64,000 nucleotides of DNA from Mobula hypostoma (GCF_963921235.1 NC_086097.1:213964001-214028000), one strand, 5' to 3'; positions 12,301-25,990 are shown, numbered from the stretch's first letter. Made by a program: numbers and translations. The notes: generated by a model not told the origin, from the letters alone.

Positions 12301-13528
12301 GCTAATTTACCTAAGAAAATCGCTATCAAAACATGCTCATTTACTGTATGGTTTTCAGCGCTTGGGTTTTACAATCCAGCATCATTTTAATGCATGTCAG
12401 TGGGTTAAACACGAGATGTGCAAATCTTTCGAGGCTAAAAGGTGTTAAACGTGTCAGAAGGGCTTTGATTTCATTTCATTGAACCCATTTCGAATGCAGC
12501 CTTGCTTCCGATGAACGACGTATATAATAAATTGGTAACTAAGCCTGGAATTGTGATTGGTGGTGTAAATGTAAATTTAAGAATACTGCATCTTATCCCT
12601 AGCTCCATATTTGGACGCTGGCTGTCTTTTTTTCTGTACCGAACATACGGTGGGCTCACGGGCAAAGACATAAGTATTCTCAAATCATACAGCTTAACAA
12701 AATTGAACCTTGACACAAAAAATTATGAGTATTCTACACAAATGAAACCAAAGAATACACGACAAGATTTTGTTTTTAGCGACCAAGAATAAGAGGCTCT
12801 ACAGAAACCTAAAGTAAGTGTAACTATTTATTTCTGTTACCTGAATGTAACTAAAAGGCAGACCATAATTCAGGGAAATTCTAATAAAAAACATTCACGG
12901 TTTTTTTTTTGTAATCCAGCGGACTGCATATAATTTAGCTAGTATGTAGTTTTTCACAAGCTGCTTGCAGTTAGTGTGACTGCTTTATAGAGACTAAATC
13001 AATTTTGCTTTTATATTACGGGATTGCAGGAATTTTACTGATTTTGGAATCGACCGTCCATGATTTTATCCTTTGTTTAAGCACTCATAAATTCAGGACC
13101 TTCAATTCATCTTGCACAACCGGGCCTTTTTCCAGAATGTTTTGTTTTTGAGCAGAAATCTGAAAGAAGGTGATTAAATTTCGTGGGTGAGTGAAGGATA
13201 TCCCTTTGGTAATCAGCACTGGAATTAGCTGGGCTCGATTTTAACATCTGATATGATCAGTAGAACCGTCATAGAGCATAGCATTTGACCAAAATACATG
13301 TTTTTTTTAAAAACAAAGGGTTTTAATGTATTTTATTTTTCGCCCCCATGTAATAAAGGCTAAGCAAGGGTGTATCTGTTCACTGAGGGGAAAGTTCATG
13401 GTTTTTATTGTAATGAATAGATTGGGAGTGCTGGATCGTAGTGAAACGCCTCGAACATGGCCCCTGCCTGCATCGTTATGTAGCAATAAGTACAATATCT
13501 CACTCATACATGCACATGTATGTTACAG

Positions 13529-13732
13529 AAAGTCCGGCCATGTAGCTTCGCTTCAGCAACATGTTTAGTCAACAGATGGAAGAGAATGTTCAATAAGCAA
13601 AGGCTATTGACGTACCCAGCGGCTGTGAGAAGGGACAATGGACACAACGCTGGCGGTGGCAGGGATGTGTGATCATTGATAGCCCTATCGCCAAAAAAAA
13701 AGAGAAAGGTCGTGGTTTTGGTCGCTGTTAAA
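13529..13732 (+). other. Probable 5'UTR part of the first coding exon
   Basis: Candidate acceptor tgttacAG (13527-13528) with upstream CTCAC branch-like motif. Candidate upstream donors at 12078 and 12814 (AAA|GTAAGT). Confidence 0.45.
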
Positions 13733-14121
13733 ATGACTCATCTGCAAGCTGGGCTCCGTGCTGAAACCATCGAGAAATGTCGGCTGGAACTGAATGAGAA
13801 CGCGGAAGCCTTACACCAGGACATCCAGCAGGTCAGAGACATGATCATAACCCGCCCGGATATCGGCTTCCTACGCACGGACGATGCATTCATCCTGCGT
13901 TTTCTGAGAGCCAGGAAGTTTAACCACTTCGAGGCCTTCAAACTGCTGGCTCAGTATTTCCAGTATCGGCAACAGAACTTAGATATGTTCAAAAACTTCA
14001 AAGCAGACGATCCTGGCATCAAACGGGCTCTGATGGATGGCTTTCCGGGAGTCCTCCAACAGCCGGATCACTATGGGAGGAAGATTCTGGTGCTGTTCGC
14101 TGCCAACTGGGACCAGAGTAG
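13733..14121 (+). CDS. CLVS1: Clavesin (CRAL-TRIO/Sec14 family), coding exon 1 (389 nt, ends phase 2)
   Basis: ATG at 13733 translates [23 protein letters not shown]...[23 protein letters not shown]...[16 protein letters not shown], the clavesin N-terminal region. Donor AG|GTAAAT at 14122. Confidence 0.93.
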
Positions 14122-17100
14122 GTAAATGTAAAGGTTCTGCTTTTCCTCAGTTTGACTGTGAATGATGGATTAAAGTGCTTTAGAAACGCTCACCCTCTGG
14201 TAGTGCGCAGATACTGCAAGAAAAGTATAAAACCATTATACACTGGAATTTCCCTTTGGAAACAGGACAGTTAAGAATTCTTAAGATTCAGTCTCCCATG
14301 TTTGGTCTTGTCAGTCTTATTAATTTTAATTCTAGCATTGCAGGAACTGTGATTTCAAAATGCCTTTGTTCTTCCTGAGTACATATATTACAGACCACTG
14401 CAATTCACAAGATAATTACAGATGAAGTCCGTTAGGGAACTTCTTCAGCTTATCTATTTAGAAAGATCCTCCAATCCTAGATGACATTAAATATTTCATA
14501 TTTAATTCCACTCTTCTGTCAGAGCTATAGGCCATTGATTGATCACCCTCTGGTGTAAAGAAATCCTTTGTAACATAGATCAATTTAAATGCTACATTTT
14601 TCAAATTTAGTTCCTAATACAATCTACATTTACTATTTTCAATCTTTTACAGTTCACTTAAATCAGTCACTTAATGTTCTGCCCCTTAATGCTGTCGTTC
14701 AGTCCTGCAAATCTGCTTGGTAGTTCATCTGGAACTTGAAAGCATCCTTGCCTCCTGTTAATGAAAACAAGCTGCAGACTGAACCGAGCACTAGAGAATT
14801 TTACTAGAAGTTGCTCTGACTTGTACTCTGTCATTTTGGGTGTTTTGGTTCGTACACTGACCTATTCTGTTGATTCATGCCGAGTAGGTCTCTCCATGTT
14901 TGGATTGTGGGTTTCGAGCTGATGACATGCCCACTCAAAAATGCCAAAGGAAGGCCTCACCAATTTTGTGAATAAGGCCTGGCATTAGTAAGTGCCAAAG
15001 TCACCAGTCAGCACATGAATGTTCCAGATACTTTGCCAGCTCTCAAAATGAGGTATTAGTCACTTCATCTTTTGTTTGGGGGGAGTGTTGCTGCTTGGTT
15101 TCCAGGGGTTATATGATTCTCTCACTGTCTGCAAGAACTCTAGTTCTCTTAGATTAGAAATTTCTGTCTTGTTTATTGAGATGACTGGAGGTATAGTTTC
15201 CTTCCACATGTCACTGTGTCCTGTAAGCATTAAATTTCATCAGTAGTGTCCAGTTTACTCTGTATTTCTGAACCGACTCTGCAGTCTCAGCACGCTCTCC
15301 CAAATCACAATAATCTGCAAAAGTGATTAATTTGTATAGAAGTTCAGAATCCAACATTCCATTTGACAAATGCTGTTTGAAGCCTATGTGCTTCAAGGAT
15401 TTTCCATAAAACATTTGCAACATCACTTCCTCAAACTTATATCAAACAGTACGTTCCCTTTTGAATCTGTGCTTACTAATTGTGCCAGGTTATTATTACC
15501 AACCCAAAATGTTTTATTCTAATAAATGTTATACAGTACATTAGGGTATTAGGGTCAGCAACCTTACAGCCCAGGCGGGTTGCATAACCCTAACTGTAAG
15601 TGTATCCTTTATCTCGAAAGAAAATGTTGGCTTGCGATAAACCAGGTCATTGCACGTCATGCTGTAAACTCATTACCTGATGCAGGACGATTTGCTTACA
15701 TATTCTGATGCAGCATATGTGTATCATAACTAGCCTTCCTTCTGTCATTGTGTAAATTCCATGATGCTAGGTCAGAAATGGAAAATTTATAAGGTTCAGA
15801 TTGGCTGTGGTCAGATTGGGATTTAATTTTATGCCTGAGGAGACCTTTAATAGATTTGTTGCTTGTGCTTTATATCTGTGATCCGGCACCTTTTCAAAAC
15901 TCTGTCTGCTAGGCTTTTTGAACGTGAATGCTCCTAGCCCCATTGTCAAAAATTTATGCTTGAAATATCCATTGGGATTGTCTTAAGTTCATACTTTGAC
16001 TTCAGGGGAAACTAGCAAGATTTATGCCAACTTTCCAATGGAGCTGAGGAACTCTGTACTTCTCAATCACTTGAAATCTGAATGGCATTTGGAGAATCTC
16101 TGTGTGTGCATAAAAGGACACAAACCCACAGTTCTTGTCTGGTCATGTGAATTCAATTAGCCCCCAGAGAGTATGGTGATACCAGACCAAAATCCATTGT
16201 CCAGCTATGGGTTTCATTTTTAACCCCCTCACATAAGTGTAATATCCTTGACAGTATTGTTAAGTTGAATGCAGGATCTGTGACAGGACTTAGTACCGAG
16301 TAATTTCTTTTATAGTTTAGCAGCATGACAGTTTTATTTATTCAGTAAACATTGTGAATAAAACCATTTACAATCCAAACAGAATTCCTGATAGAGAATG
16401 ATTTCAAGAAATACCCTTTTCTAATCAAACCTCTAAATTGGTAATAATTTTAATTTTCAGCACCTAGTTCTTTATGTATGATTTTATTATAGTTAATAAT
16501 ATTATATTTCATAATTTGGATTAAGAACCTCACTGGAATGACCAATCATTAAATGTACTTTTTGTTCTCTTTTTATAAAGCCTTGCATTTTTCTCACTGG
16601 AGTGAACTGAACCAAGAGAATCATTTTTTAAAAAACAGCAACATCAGTTTCATTTGGTTATAAATTTCTTGTACCTTCTAAAAATTCAAGTCATTTAATC
16701 AATAATTCTTAAAATGTGATAATTATTTTATTTCAGTTGAAACAATGATGATATAACACATAGTTCACACATATCACATAGTTCAATAGCTGGCCAACAT
16801 TTTCTTTGCACTATTAAAACATTGAAAATAAAACACAATATTCTAAACCTGTTATTTTAAAAGACTGAAATAAAATCTTTTGGACTTTAAGATTAAATCA
16901 AAACCAGTACTTAGTACAATTCAAAACAGACCTGTCTGGAAGTACACGGCAGATTCACTAGCATCTACAAGAGTAGTTTGCTCTTGTAAAGAATTCCATA
17001 TTTGAGATACCATCATGTTTTTTTATTTAGATGTCAAACCTCATATAAAGTTTCTGTAATTATAGATTAACTTTCTGTTCAATAAATGTCACAATTTGTA

Positions 17101-18124
17101 ACGAATAATATTTAAAATAATTTTTAAAATGTGTTAATGATTTTAAACAGATTCCATAATATGTAACCTGATAAGCTGAAGCATATGATTGACCTCCTGA
17201 TAGCCCAAAATCTCTATTGTCCATAAGGAAATTCAGAAGTGTGATGAAACATCATTGACCTGCCCGCATGAACAGAACTTCAACATCTCTTCAAAAGTTT
17301 GACAGCATCCTGGAGAAAGCTACCTGCTTGATTGGCATCCAATTCACCGACTAAATCTTCACTTCCTCCACCACTGGTATCAAATACACTGCAACAAACC
17401 GTCGAGTCTTTATTAACACATTCCAGATGCATAGCAGCTACATCAAACAAAAAGGATAAAGGCAGCAAGAACATAGAAATGCCATAGCTTCCCTATCAAG
17501 TCACATTCCATCCTTAGCTGGGAATATATTTCCATTCATCCATAGTGAGACCAAATCCTGAAACTCCCACGCGACAGTATAATGAGCATATTTTCTAAAC
17601 AGATTGCAGCTGTCCAAGAAGATGGCTCACTGCTAGTTATTGCATGGATGGAAGTAAATACTGTTAGTAATGTACAGAAATTGTAAATTAATTAAAAATT
17701 ATGCAACATTAGAATTTGAACATGTAAACTGAAGTGGGGTGGGGTGCAATATGTACCTGAGATGAACAAGAGAAAAACTTTTATTTTCTGTGCCAGGTGA
17801 TGTTTGCCAATGGATTCTGAGTGGATTTGCACAATGATTTAGAATCTAAACATTAGAATGTGTTAGGAGTAAAGGAATGTTACCCAGTTATCAGGAGACT
17901 GCTTTCCAAATTGTGAGAGGAAATTTCTCCTCATCTCACTTTTGAGCCAATGTGGTAGCCTTTATATTATCTCCAGGGAATCAGAAATGGAAAAGTCTGT
18001 GAATCTTTCTGACCAATCAGATGAAAAAATAGTTTCAGAAATGCGCAAACTGCAAAACACATTTTTGTAAATGAGAAATAAAAAATAGAATTGGATACTA
18101 CACCCTAATAACTATTGTTAATAA

Positions 18125-19410
18125 TTACTTTAGTAAGACAATTGACAAGGTCACACATGGGAGCAAAACACATCAAAGTTGCTGGTGAACGCAGCAGGCC
18201 AGGCAGCATCTCTAGGAAGAGGTACACTCGATGTTTCAGGCCGAGACCCTTTGTCAGGACTAACTGAAGGAAGAGCTGGTAAGAGATTTGAAAGTGGGGT
18301 AGTTTAGAAGGTTCAGTCACTTGGCAATCAGGATGAGGTAGTGAATTAAATGAGATGCTGTCTTTGTGAGAGAAGCTAAAGAGTGGTTCCCTCTCTGACT
18401 GGAGGCCTATGGTGTGCCACAGGGATCGGTGCTGGGTCCTTTTGTTATTTATCATCTATATCAATGATCCGGATGATAATGTGGTTGACTGAATCAGCAA
18501 ATTTGTGGATGACACCAAGACTGGGGGGGGGGGGGGTGTAGTGCACAGTGAGAAAGGCTATCATGGATCATCTGGAAAAATGGGCTGAAAAATGGCAGAT
18601 GGAATTTAATGCAGACATGTGCGAGGTTTTACACTTCAGGAGGAGCAACCAGGGTGGGTCCTATACAGTAAATGGAAGGGCACTAAAGAGTGTGGTAGAA
18701 TAAAGAGATTTGGGAATAGATGTCCATAATTCATTGAAAGTGGTGGCACAGGTAGATAGGGTCATAAGGTAAGTTTTTGGCACATTGACCTTCATAAGTC
18801 AATATATTGATAGGGTACAAGAGATAGGATGTTATATTGAAGTTGTATAAAACATTGGTGATGCCTAATTTGGAGTACTGTGTGCAGTTTTTGTCAGCTA
18901 TCTACAGGAAGGATGTAAACAAGGTTGAGAGCGTACAGAGAAAACTTACAAGGATGTTGCCGGGTCTGGAGGACCTGAGTAATAAAGAAAGATTGTTTAA
19001 GTTAGGACTGTATTCTTTAGAATGTAGAAGACTGAGAAGAGAGTTGATGGTGGTTTACGAAATTATGAGGGGTATAAATAGGGTTAGTGCAAACAGGCAT
19101 TTTCCACTGAGCTTGGGTGGGTCTACCACCAGAACTCATGGGTTAAGGGTGAAAGGTGAGAAGTTTGAAGCGAACATGAAGGGAAACTTCTTCACTCAGA
19201 GGGTGGTGAGAGTGTGGAATGAGCTGCCAGCACAAGTGGTGCATGCGAGCTCAATTTCAATGTTTATGAGAGGTTTAGAGAGGTACATGGATGGCAGGGG
19301 TATGGAGGGCTATGGCAGGTCGATGGGAGCAGGCATTTTAAATGGTTTTGTTATGGACTAGTTGAGTCAAAGGGTCTGTTTCTATGCTGTACTTCTCTTT
19401 AGCTCTATAA
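18125..19410 (+). mobile_element. CR1-type LINE ORF2 3' half, decayed, with nested PLE fragment
   Basis: RT remnants (GVPQGSVLGP, ISKFVDDTK). ORF 18837-19361 reads LYKTLVMPNLEYCVQF...NFFTQRVVRVWNELP. Confidence 0.88.
18165..18299 (-). mobile_element. PLE 3'-end fragment nested in CR1
   Basis: Near-identical to 51975-52110. Splits the CR1 DKV(T)HG motif from its continuation. Contains a hammerhead motif with a core G>A change (18226-18261). Confidence 0.85.
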
Positions 19411-19539
19411 TTAATTAATATCAATAATATAAGCAATCTGCAATAAATTGACTCAGATAAATCAAGTAAGAAAGAGATGTGCAGCAGAGAAACAAGCTAA
19501 TGATAAAGAATACTATATTATTTTTACATCAGGAAGAAT

Positions 19540-19800
19540 TGTTTTCTCTGTGAAGAATACTCCACTCCAAGGTGAGAGGGGAAAGATTTAGGACAAGGCT
19601 TTCACACAGCATGTAGTAGGTATGTATATGGAGCAAGCTGTTAGAAGAAGTGGTAGAGGCAGGAACACTTACAACATTTAAAATGAAATTGGACTGGTAC
19701 ATGGATAGGAAAGATTCAGGGTGAAAGGGGCCAAATACAAACAAACAGCGTTAGAATATGCAAATATTTTGCTCAGCATGGAAGTTGGGCCAAAGACCTG
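19540..19800 (+). mobile_element. CR1-type LINE 3' fragment
   Basis: Degenerate match to the end of ORF2 and the 3'UTR of other CR1 copies. Confidence 0.6.
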
Positions 19801-20763
19801 TGCCGGAGTTCTTATGAAGACTAATGAAATCTGTTTATGAACCTAATTTTCCTATCCCTAGAGAGGTTATTTAGTCATTAGTAGTTTAAAAAATTATTTA
19901 ACTCTCTCCTACTCCTAAATCCACCAGACCTAAAGTTTCCATCGCCATTAAAACTTGGAATTTTATGCCATTACATAAAAAATCACAACAATGCAGCTGA
20001 TGGAGATGCAGTGTATCACCAATAACAACTTGCAGATTTGAATGCTTGACATTCCTGGACACTGGAAATGGCTGTTTGTTTTATCCATTGGCATATGGTG
20101 GAGAGTTGACAACCTCAGAGTCTTTAGCACCAAAGAATCTGAGGCCCAAACTTTAGCATTGAACCCAGGTTGTTTTGAAGTGCAATTGGTTAGATAATTT
20201 TACTTTAACTTTTGATTTATACTGTGACTTGGATGAGAAGTATCATATGTAGACTGGCATTTATTCAAAGTTCTCTGTGGTGTAGATTATTATTTGCCTC
20301 TTTTGCCTGATTTGAACCTTAAAGAGCAAAATATGGTATTGTGTAATCTGCAGATCAGGCAGCAAATGTTCTGTTGAAAAGTTATTGAGCTGTGATATAA
20401 TTTTGTTTTCCCAGTAGTAATATCTGGAATTATGGGATATTGTTTCAGAAACAATTTTGCCATTGTCAAATGGAGATGAAGGGAAGTTTTTTTTCTACTG
20501 GTGTGTTGTGATTCTTTGTAATTCTCTATGACAGAGAGCTGAGAAAAAGGAATCACTGAATATCCAAGTCACTGAATATCCAAGTCATGGATCGGCAGAT
20601 ATTGGAATTGCAAGGAAGTCGGGAGATATGAGGAGGGAGTGGGAAAATGGTGCTGAGGTCAAGATACGATCTTATTGAATAGTGGGACAGCTGAAGAGCA
20701 ATTAACTTACTCCCGCTCTCATTTCTTGTATATTTATATCAAGTTCAGTTGAAATATATTTAT

Positions 20764-21447
20764 TAGAGTCGTAGAAAAGTACAGCACAGAAGCAGGTCCT
20801 TTGGCCGATCTAGTCCATGCCAAACCATTTAAACTGCCTACTACCATCGGTGTGCACCAGGACCATAGCCCTCCACACCCCTACCATCCATGTACCTATT
20901 CAAACTTCGCATAAACGTTGAGATCAAACTTGCATACACCACTTGTGCTGGCAGCTTGTTCCACACTCTCATGAACCTCTGACTGAAGACGTTTCTCCTT
21001 ATGTTCCCCTTAAACTTTTCACCTTTCACCCATAACCCATGATCTCTGGTTGTAGTCTCAGTGGAAGAAGCCAGCTTGCATTTGCCCTGTCTATACCCCT
21101 CATAATTTTGTATACATTTATCAAATCTCCCCTCAATCTTCTACGCTCTAAAGAATAAAGTCTTAAACTATTCAATTTTTCATTATAACTCCCGTCCTCC
21201 AGACCTGGCAACACTGTTGTAGATTTTCTCTGTACTCTTTCAACCTTATTTTATCTTTCCTGAGTAGGTGACCGAAACTGCACACAATGCTCCAAATTAG
21301 GCCTCACCAATATCTTATACAACTTCAAAATAACCTCCCATCTCCTGTATTCAATACTTTGATTTATGATGGCCAATGTGCCGAAAGCTTTCTTTACAAT
21401 ACTATCTATTTGTGACACCACTTTCAATGACTTATGGAACTGTATTA
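20764..21447 (-). mobile_element. CR1-type LINE 3' fragment
   Basis: Minus ORFs LYSLERRRLRGDLINVYKIMRG and NVFSQRFMRVWNKLP. Confidence 0.85.
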
Positions 21448-21449
21448 TG

Positions 21450-21793
21450 GAATGCTGAAAGACCTAGACAGAGTAGATGACAAAAGGCTGTTTCCTATGG
21501 TGGGGGATTCTAGGACCAGAGGGCACAGCCTCAGGATATAGTGGCATCTATTTAAAACAGAGATGTGGAGAAGTTTCTTTAGTAAGAGTGTGGTGAATTT
21601 GTGTCATTTATTACGACAGGCAGCTGTGGAGGCCAGGTTGTTGGGTGTATTTAAGGCAGAGCTTGATATGTTCTTAGTTGGACATGGCATCAAAGGTTAT
21701 GGGGAGAACAGGATCAGCTATGATTGAATGGCAGAGCAGACTCGACAGGCCAAATGGCCTAATTCTGCTCCTATGTCGTATGGTCTTATGGTT
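21450..21793 (+). mobile_element. CR1-type LINE 3' fragment
   Basis: ctaggaccagagggcacagcctcagg (RTRGHSLR) through to a tatggtcttatgg tail. Confidence 0.8.
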
Positions 21794-23680
21794 TTCCCAG
21801 ATCCCTTCATTCTACCACACTCCTCAGGCCATACGTCACTTACTGCCTAAGCAAAGACAATTAATAATTAATGGTTACATAAACATCTTATTCAGGCTCT
21901 TTATCCTTCCCTCCCTTTCTCATATCTATTAATTTAAATAAAAAAACTTTGCCTGTTTAGAATAAGTCCCACAAGTAATTCTTGAATAGAAACCTTAGGA
22001 CACAGGCCAGATGAGTCATCAAACATGACTCCACGCTCCAAACCCTCAGCATCTGCAAAGTGCCAGGGGGTAAGAACATTGAAAATGAACAGCTAAAATA
22101 AATTCCATTAGCTTTGTCACTTGACTAAATCAACAGATTGTGATGCAGATGAACATTCAGAGTATATGCACTTAATCAAAAGTTTGGGATGGTTTGGGAT
22201 GACCTCTTTGGGCAGGAGTTATGAGTGAATGAGTCATCCAGAACGCCAGCAATGAAATCTAAAAATGGATATTTTGCTATGGTCATACAATGTGCTATTT
22301 ACACCTATACTAGTGTAAAAATAAAATTTGTTTTAAAGTATTAATTTTGGAGCTACTGTATACGTTCACATTAATGCTTAGCCAAAACAAATACATTGAA
22401 AGGTGAGAACAGAAGAAAAAAACCTTTCAACCCTCCAGCTTAGTCTCCTTACTTCAATTCGAACCCTAGCCCTGAATTCATTTCTCTGATCTCAGATTGC
22501 CAATTTCCTTTGAAATGTACATCAGAGTCCATATCCTCTGCTCTGTGACAGTGTGCCGGTACTTTGCAATCTATTTCCTCTTGATTTGCGATCGTGCCTC
22601 CTAGCTCTGTTAGTGATGTTAAAAGCTTGGATCATGTTCCCCTTGCCCATCGTTTTCTCCAGAGAGAACAGCTGCTTCTCTTGCGGCTCAGTGATTTAAA
22701 GTCCAGGCTGCCTTTGTCGCTGTTCTTTGTATGTTTTCCAGTGCCACTAAATAGAAATACCTTTTTAGCAATGCAGGGACACAGAACAAAATCATGTGGA
22801 TTCAGGGTCTTTTTTTGGAACATTTTAAAAAAAAGCTGCAAGTAGAGGAAAAACAGTGAGGGTCCAGAATAATGTATTTTTCGATGTGGTCTTACTCGCT
22901 GCCAATTCACTGACAAAATAGCATGATATTATTTGAATATTTTAATGACATCTGCTACATTAAAAATCAATACAGCTCTACTCAAAACTGCAGTGCAGTT
23001 TTATGATGTAAATACTGTTTAAATTGCATATTTTCATAAATTTATTTAATGCAGCATTGTTAGTTGATAGAAAACATTTTTGTTATTACAAGACAAAGGG
23101 GAAAAATGTAAGTAAATCTTTTTTCTCAGGCACTGCGCTCAGTAATTAGTGCCTGACAGCAAAATATTTACTTCAATGACAGTTATCATGTTTGTTTTCA
23201 AACATGGGACCCAGACTCAAATCTGGATTATGATAGATAATGCTGATGGCCTGCTGTAAACAGGAAGCACAGCAACAATTCCATTCAGTGAAAAATATAT
23301 TTTAACAGTAACAGAAAGGTGAAACAGAAATACAAGGTATTGGCCTAAAAACCTTCATGAGGAAATGTGCTAAATTAATACATGGTTGTTAGCATTTTTG
23401 CCCCCCAGCACCACACCCATATGTGGCTTTGATTTGCTCTCTTTCTATAGATTAGAGTGCCGGAAACTACTAAATTAAGATTCCACATGTAACTCATGGC
23501 TTTCTGATTTGAGTCAAGTTGAGTTTACTGTCTTGTGGCATTTGGTGAGGCACAGTACAATGAAAACAACTTTGTTTGCAGTGGCTTCATAGCCACAGAG
23601 ATACACGCCACAGACAGAATATTACAATATTCTTGAGATGCAAAATAAATTGATTTTCAAAAGTAAATCAATGTCTGTGT

Positions 23681-24950
23681 AATCCCCCATCATGAAGGTT
23701 TCAAAGCTCTCCGCATCTTTCTTGACAAAAGAACCAACCCTCTCACCCCCTCCCCCACCTTCCTCCATCTGGCCGAACCGGCATTCAGCCTGAACAACTT
23801 TTCCTTTGGCTCCTCCCACTTTCTCCACACTTGGGGGGGGGTAGCCATGGGCACTCGCATGGGCCCCAGTTATGCTTGTCTCCTTGTTGGCTATGTAGAA
23901 CAGTCTATGTTTGAAGCCGTCCCTGGTTATACTCCCCAAATCTTACTCTGCTACATTGACAACAGCATTGGTACTGCTTCATGCACCCATGCTGAGCTCA
24001 TCTATTTTATCAACTTTGCTTCCAACTTCCACCCTGACCTTAAATTCACTTGGTCCGTCTCTGACACCTCCCTCCCCTTTCTCAATCTCTCTGTCTCCAT
24101 CTCTGGAGACAACTGTCAACTGACAATCTTTACAAATCTACAGATTCCCATGGTTATCTCTTCCCACCCTATCTCCTATAAAAATGCTGTGCCCTTTTCT
24201 CAGTTTCTTTCTCCCCGCTGCATCTGTTCCCAGAACGCAACTTTCCATTCCAGGAAATCAGAGATGTCCTCCTTCTTTAAAGATGGAGTAAATGCTACAC
24301 CTGACCATTCACCTCCATTCAGGGCCTCAAACAGTCCGTCCAGGTGAGGCAACATTTCACCTGCGAATCTGCTGGTGTTGTCTATTCTGTCTGGTGTTCC
24401 CGTTGTGGCCTCCTCTACATTGGTCAGACCCATCGCAAAATGGAGGACCGCTTCGTCGAGCACCTCCACACCATCCGCCCCAAGCAGGACTTCCTGGTGG
24501 CCAAACAATTTAATTCCCATTCCTGTTCCTGTTCCAACATATCAAACTAAGACTTCCTTGTGTGCCAAGAAGAGGCCACCATCAGGGTGGAGGAGCGACA
24601 TCTTATATTCCATTTGGGTACCCTCCAAAAAATCACCCCCACTCTGACCTTTAACTTCTTCTCACCTGCCTATTACTTTCCCGCAGGTCCCCTCCTTCCT
24701 ACCTCTCTCCTCTAGTCCACTCTCCTCACCTACAGATTCTTTCTTTTCCAGCCCTTGATACTTCCCACCCACCTGGCTTCACCTACCACCTTCCAGTTTG
24801 CCTCCTTCCCCTCCGCCCACCTTTTTGTTCTGGTATCTTCCCCCTTCCTTCTCAGTCCTGAAGAAGGGTCTCAGCCCGAAACGTTGACAGTTTATTCTTT
24901 CCCACAGGTGCTGCCTGACCTGCTAATTTCCTCCAGTGTTTTGTGTGTTT
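23681..24950 (+). mobile_element. Penelope-like retroelement fragment (RT + GIY-YIG remnants, internal deletion)
   Basis: MGTRMGPSYACL...CYIDN, VPFSQF and GVVYSVWCSRCGLLYIGQT (GIY-YIG). 3' hammerhead motif at 24855-24888. Confidence 0.9.
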
Positions 24951-25096
24951 TGTTCTGTAACACTTCTTGGAAATTGTAAGGTCATAATCAGCTTTTTTTT
25001 TTCCAGCTTAAATATCTTAATTTGAGCCAGACAGTACAACAACAGTATCACATTCATACCGGAGGGAGCATAATTTATTCCGGTAAATTATTGGTC

Positions 25097-25700
25097 AACA
25101 CACACAAAATGCTGGAGGAACTCAGCAGGCCAGGCAGCATGTATGGAAAAGAGTAAACAGTCAACATTTCATGCTGAGACCCCTCATCAGGACTGGGGAA
25201 AGAAAGATGAGTGGTCAGAGTAAAAAGGTGTGGGGAGGAGAGGAAGAACCACATTGTCATAGGTGAAACCGGGGGGGTCGGGGGGTGAAGTGAAGAGCTG
25301 GGAAGTTGTTTGGTGAAAGAGGTACAGGGCTGGAGAAGGGGAATCTGATAGGAGAGGACAGAAGACCATGGAAGAAAAAAAAGGGGGAGGAGCACTAGAC
25401 ACAGGTGATAAGGTGGGAGAGGGAAATGCGAATGGGAAATGCTGAATGGGAGGGGGGTCATTACCGGAAGTTTGAGAAATTGATGTTCATGCCTTCAGGT
25501 TGAAGGCCATCCAGACAGAATATAAGCTGTTGTTTCTCCAGCCTGAGTGTGGCCTCATTGCGACAGTAGAGGAGGTCATGGACTGGCACGTCTGAATGGA
25601 AATGGGAAATGGAACAAGGAGATCCAACTTTTTGTGGTGGACGGAGCATAGGTGCTAGGCGAAGAGGTCTCCCAATCTGCGTCGGGTCTCACGAATATAC
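25097..25700 (-). mobile_element. Penelope-like element 3' fragment
   Basis: Minus ORF ...EATLRLEKQQLIFCLDGLQPEGMNINFSNFR, followed by a 3' region with a hammerhead motif. Confidence 0.85.
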
Positions 25701-25990
25701 ATGTTCACCTTTCAATAGAATTGATAACCATCTATTTTAAATGACTGAGAACCCTGCTGAATGAAGCACAGTTCAACAGTTTGCTCCAGAGTGACGTAGA
25801 TCTTGCATAGCATTTTTGGCATGATACAGAATGATGCTGTATCTGTAAAGACATGGCAAGCTGAAAAATAATTTGGATATTACTATTTACTTGCAGGGGA
25901 GAGACTGTGGATAGTAGGGCAGTTCTTTTAGAATGAGGGTATTTATATAACGTGAAATCACAAGAACACAAGAAAATAGGAGTAGGAGTC

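Noticed and set aside
13676..13732. ORF-track start at 13676 as the clavesin start codon
   Set aside because: It is TTG in poor context; the conserved start is ATG 13733. Kept only as a speculative finding.
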